DNA of 64,000 nt, from assembly GCA_934153945.1 (NCBI GenBank), contig CAKPFM010000006.1:27318-91317 (forward strand). The letters run 5' to 3'. Both the position numbers and the translations under genes were made by a program. Below, in pieces: positions 63,986 through 64,000 of the stretch (position 1 is its first letter; the number at the start of each line of letters is the position of its first letter). A model generated the notes under the pieces. The model was not told where the DNA came from, did not search any database, and saw only the letters and a list, made by a program, of their open reading frames with translations. This stretch comes from an uncultured Bacilli bacterium (GTDB lineage Bacteria; Bacillota_I; Bacilli_A; RF39; UBA660).

Positions 63986-64000
63986 TCAATAACTAGATTA

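Overview
Very AT-rich chromosomal segment of a low-GC, Bacillota-type bacterium. It is probably a spore-former: yabG and veg are adjacent, and there is a BclA-like collagen protein. Standard genetic code. About 55 protein genes, mostly on the minus strand. Housekeeping content: mutS, topA, an rnf operon (rnfC, a fused rnfD-G, rnfE, rnfA, a mini rnfB), a class A PBP, a DD-carboxypeptidase, an SPFH/NfeD pair, pgeF, tmk plus a tandem ThyX-like gene, a T-box-controlled CaCA-antiporter/type-2 ileS operon, and a T-box-controlled gatCAB-asnS-aspS operon. No rRNA, tRNA or CRISPR array was seen. Candidates for novel biology, in rough order: (1) Two tandem pairs (four copies) of a small-gene family that look like an undescribed type I toxin-antitoxin family. 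Each copy has a promoter, a 25-30 aa hydrophobic peptide, 5'/3' mRNA end pairing with compensatory changes between copies, a sequestered SD, and a convergent antisense RNA with its own promoter and terminator. (2) A compact orphan four-gene cluster (47.7-51.9 kb) built around a divergent RpoD-like sigma factor, with a possible HEPN-type RNxxxH motif in a neighbouring protein. (3) A four-gene island (30.7-34.7 kb) of proteins without signal peptides, suggesting a spore-surface or appendage module: a collagen-like/C1q-like protein, a beta-helix + Ig + WxL-like protein, and two prealbumin-like proteins. (4) Three modular type IV pilin-like genes carrying grafted adhesin domains. One encodes about 1030 aa, one a BspA-type LRR module, and one is a decaying pseudogene. 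No pilus machinery lies in the window. Also noted: a MnmL-MnmM fusion, a pseudo-dimeric ThyX, and several mobile-element remnants (TnpB fragment, KilA-N fragment, XRE pseudogene). All functional calls rest on motif recognition by eye; no database search was run.
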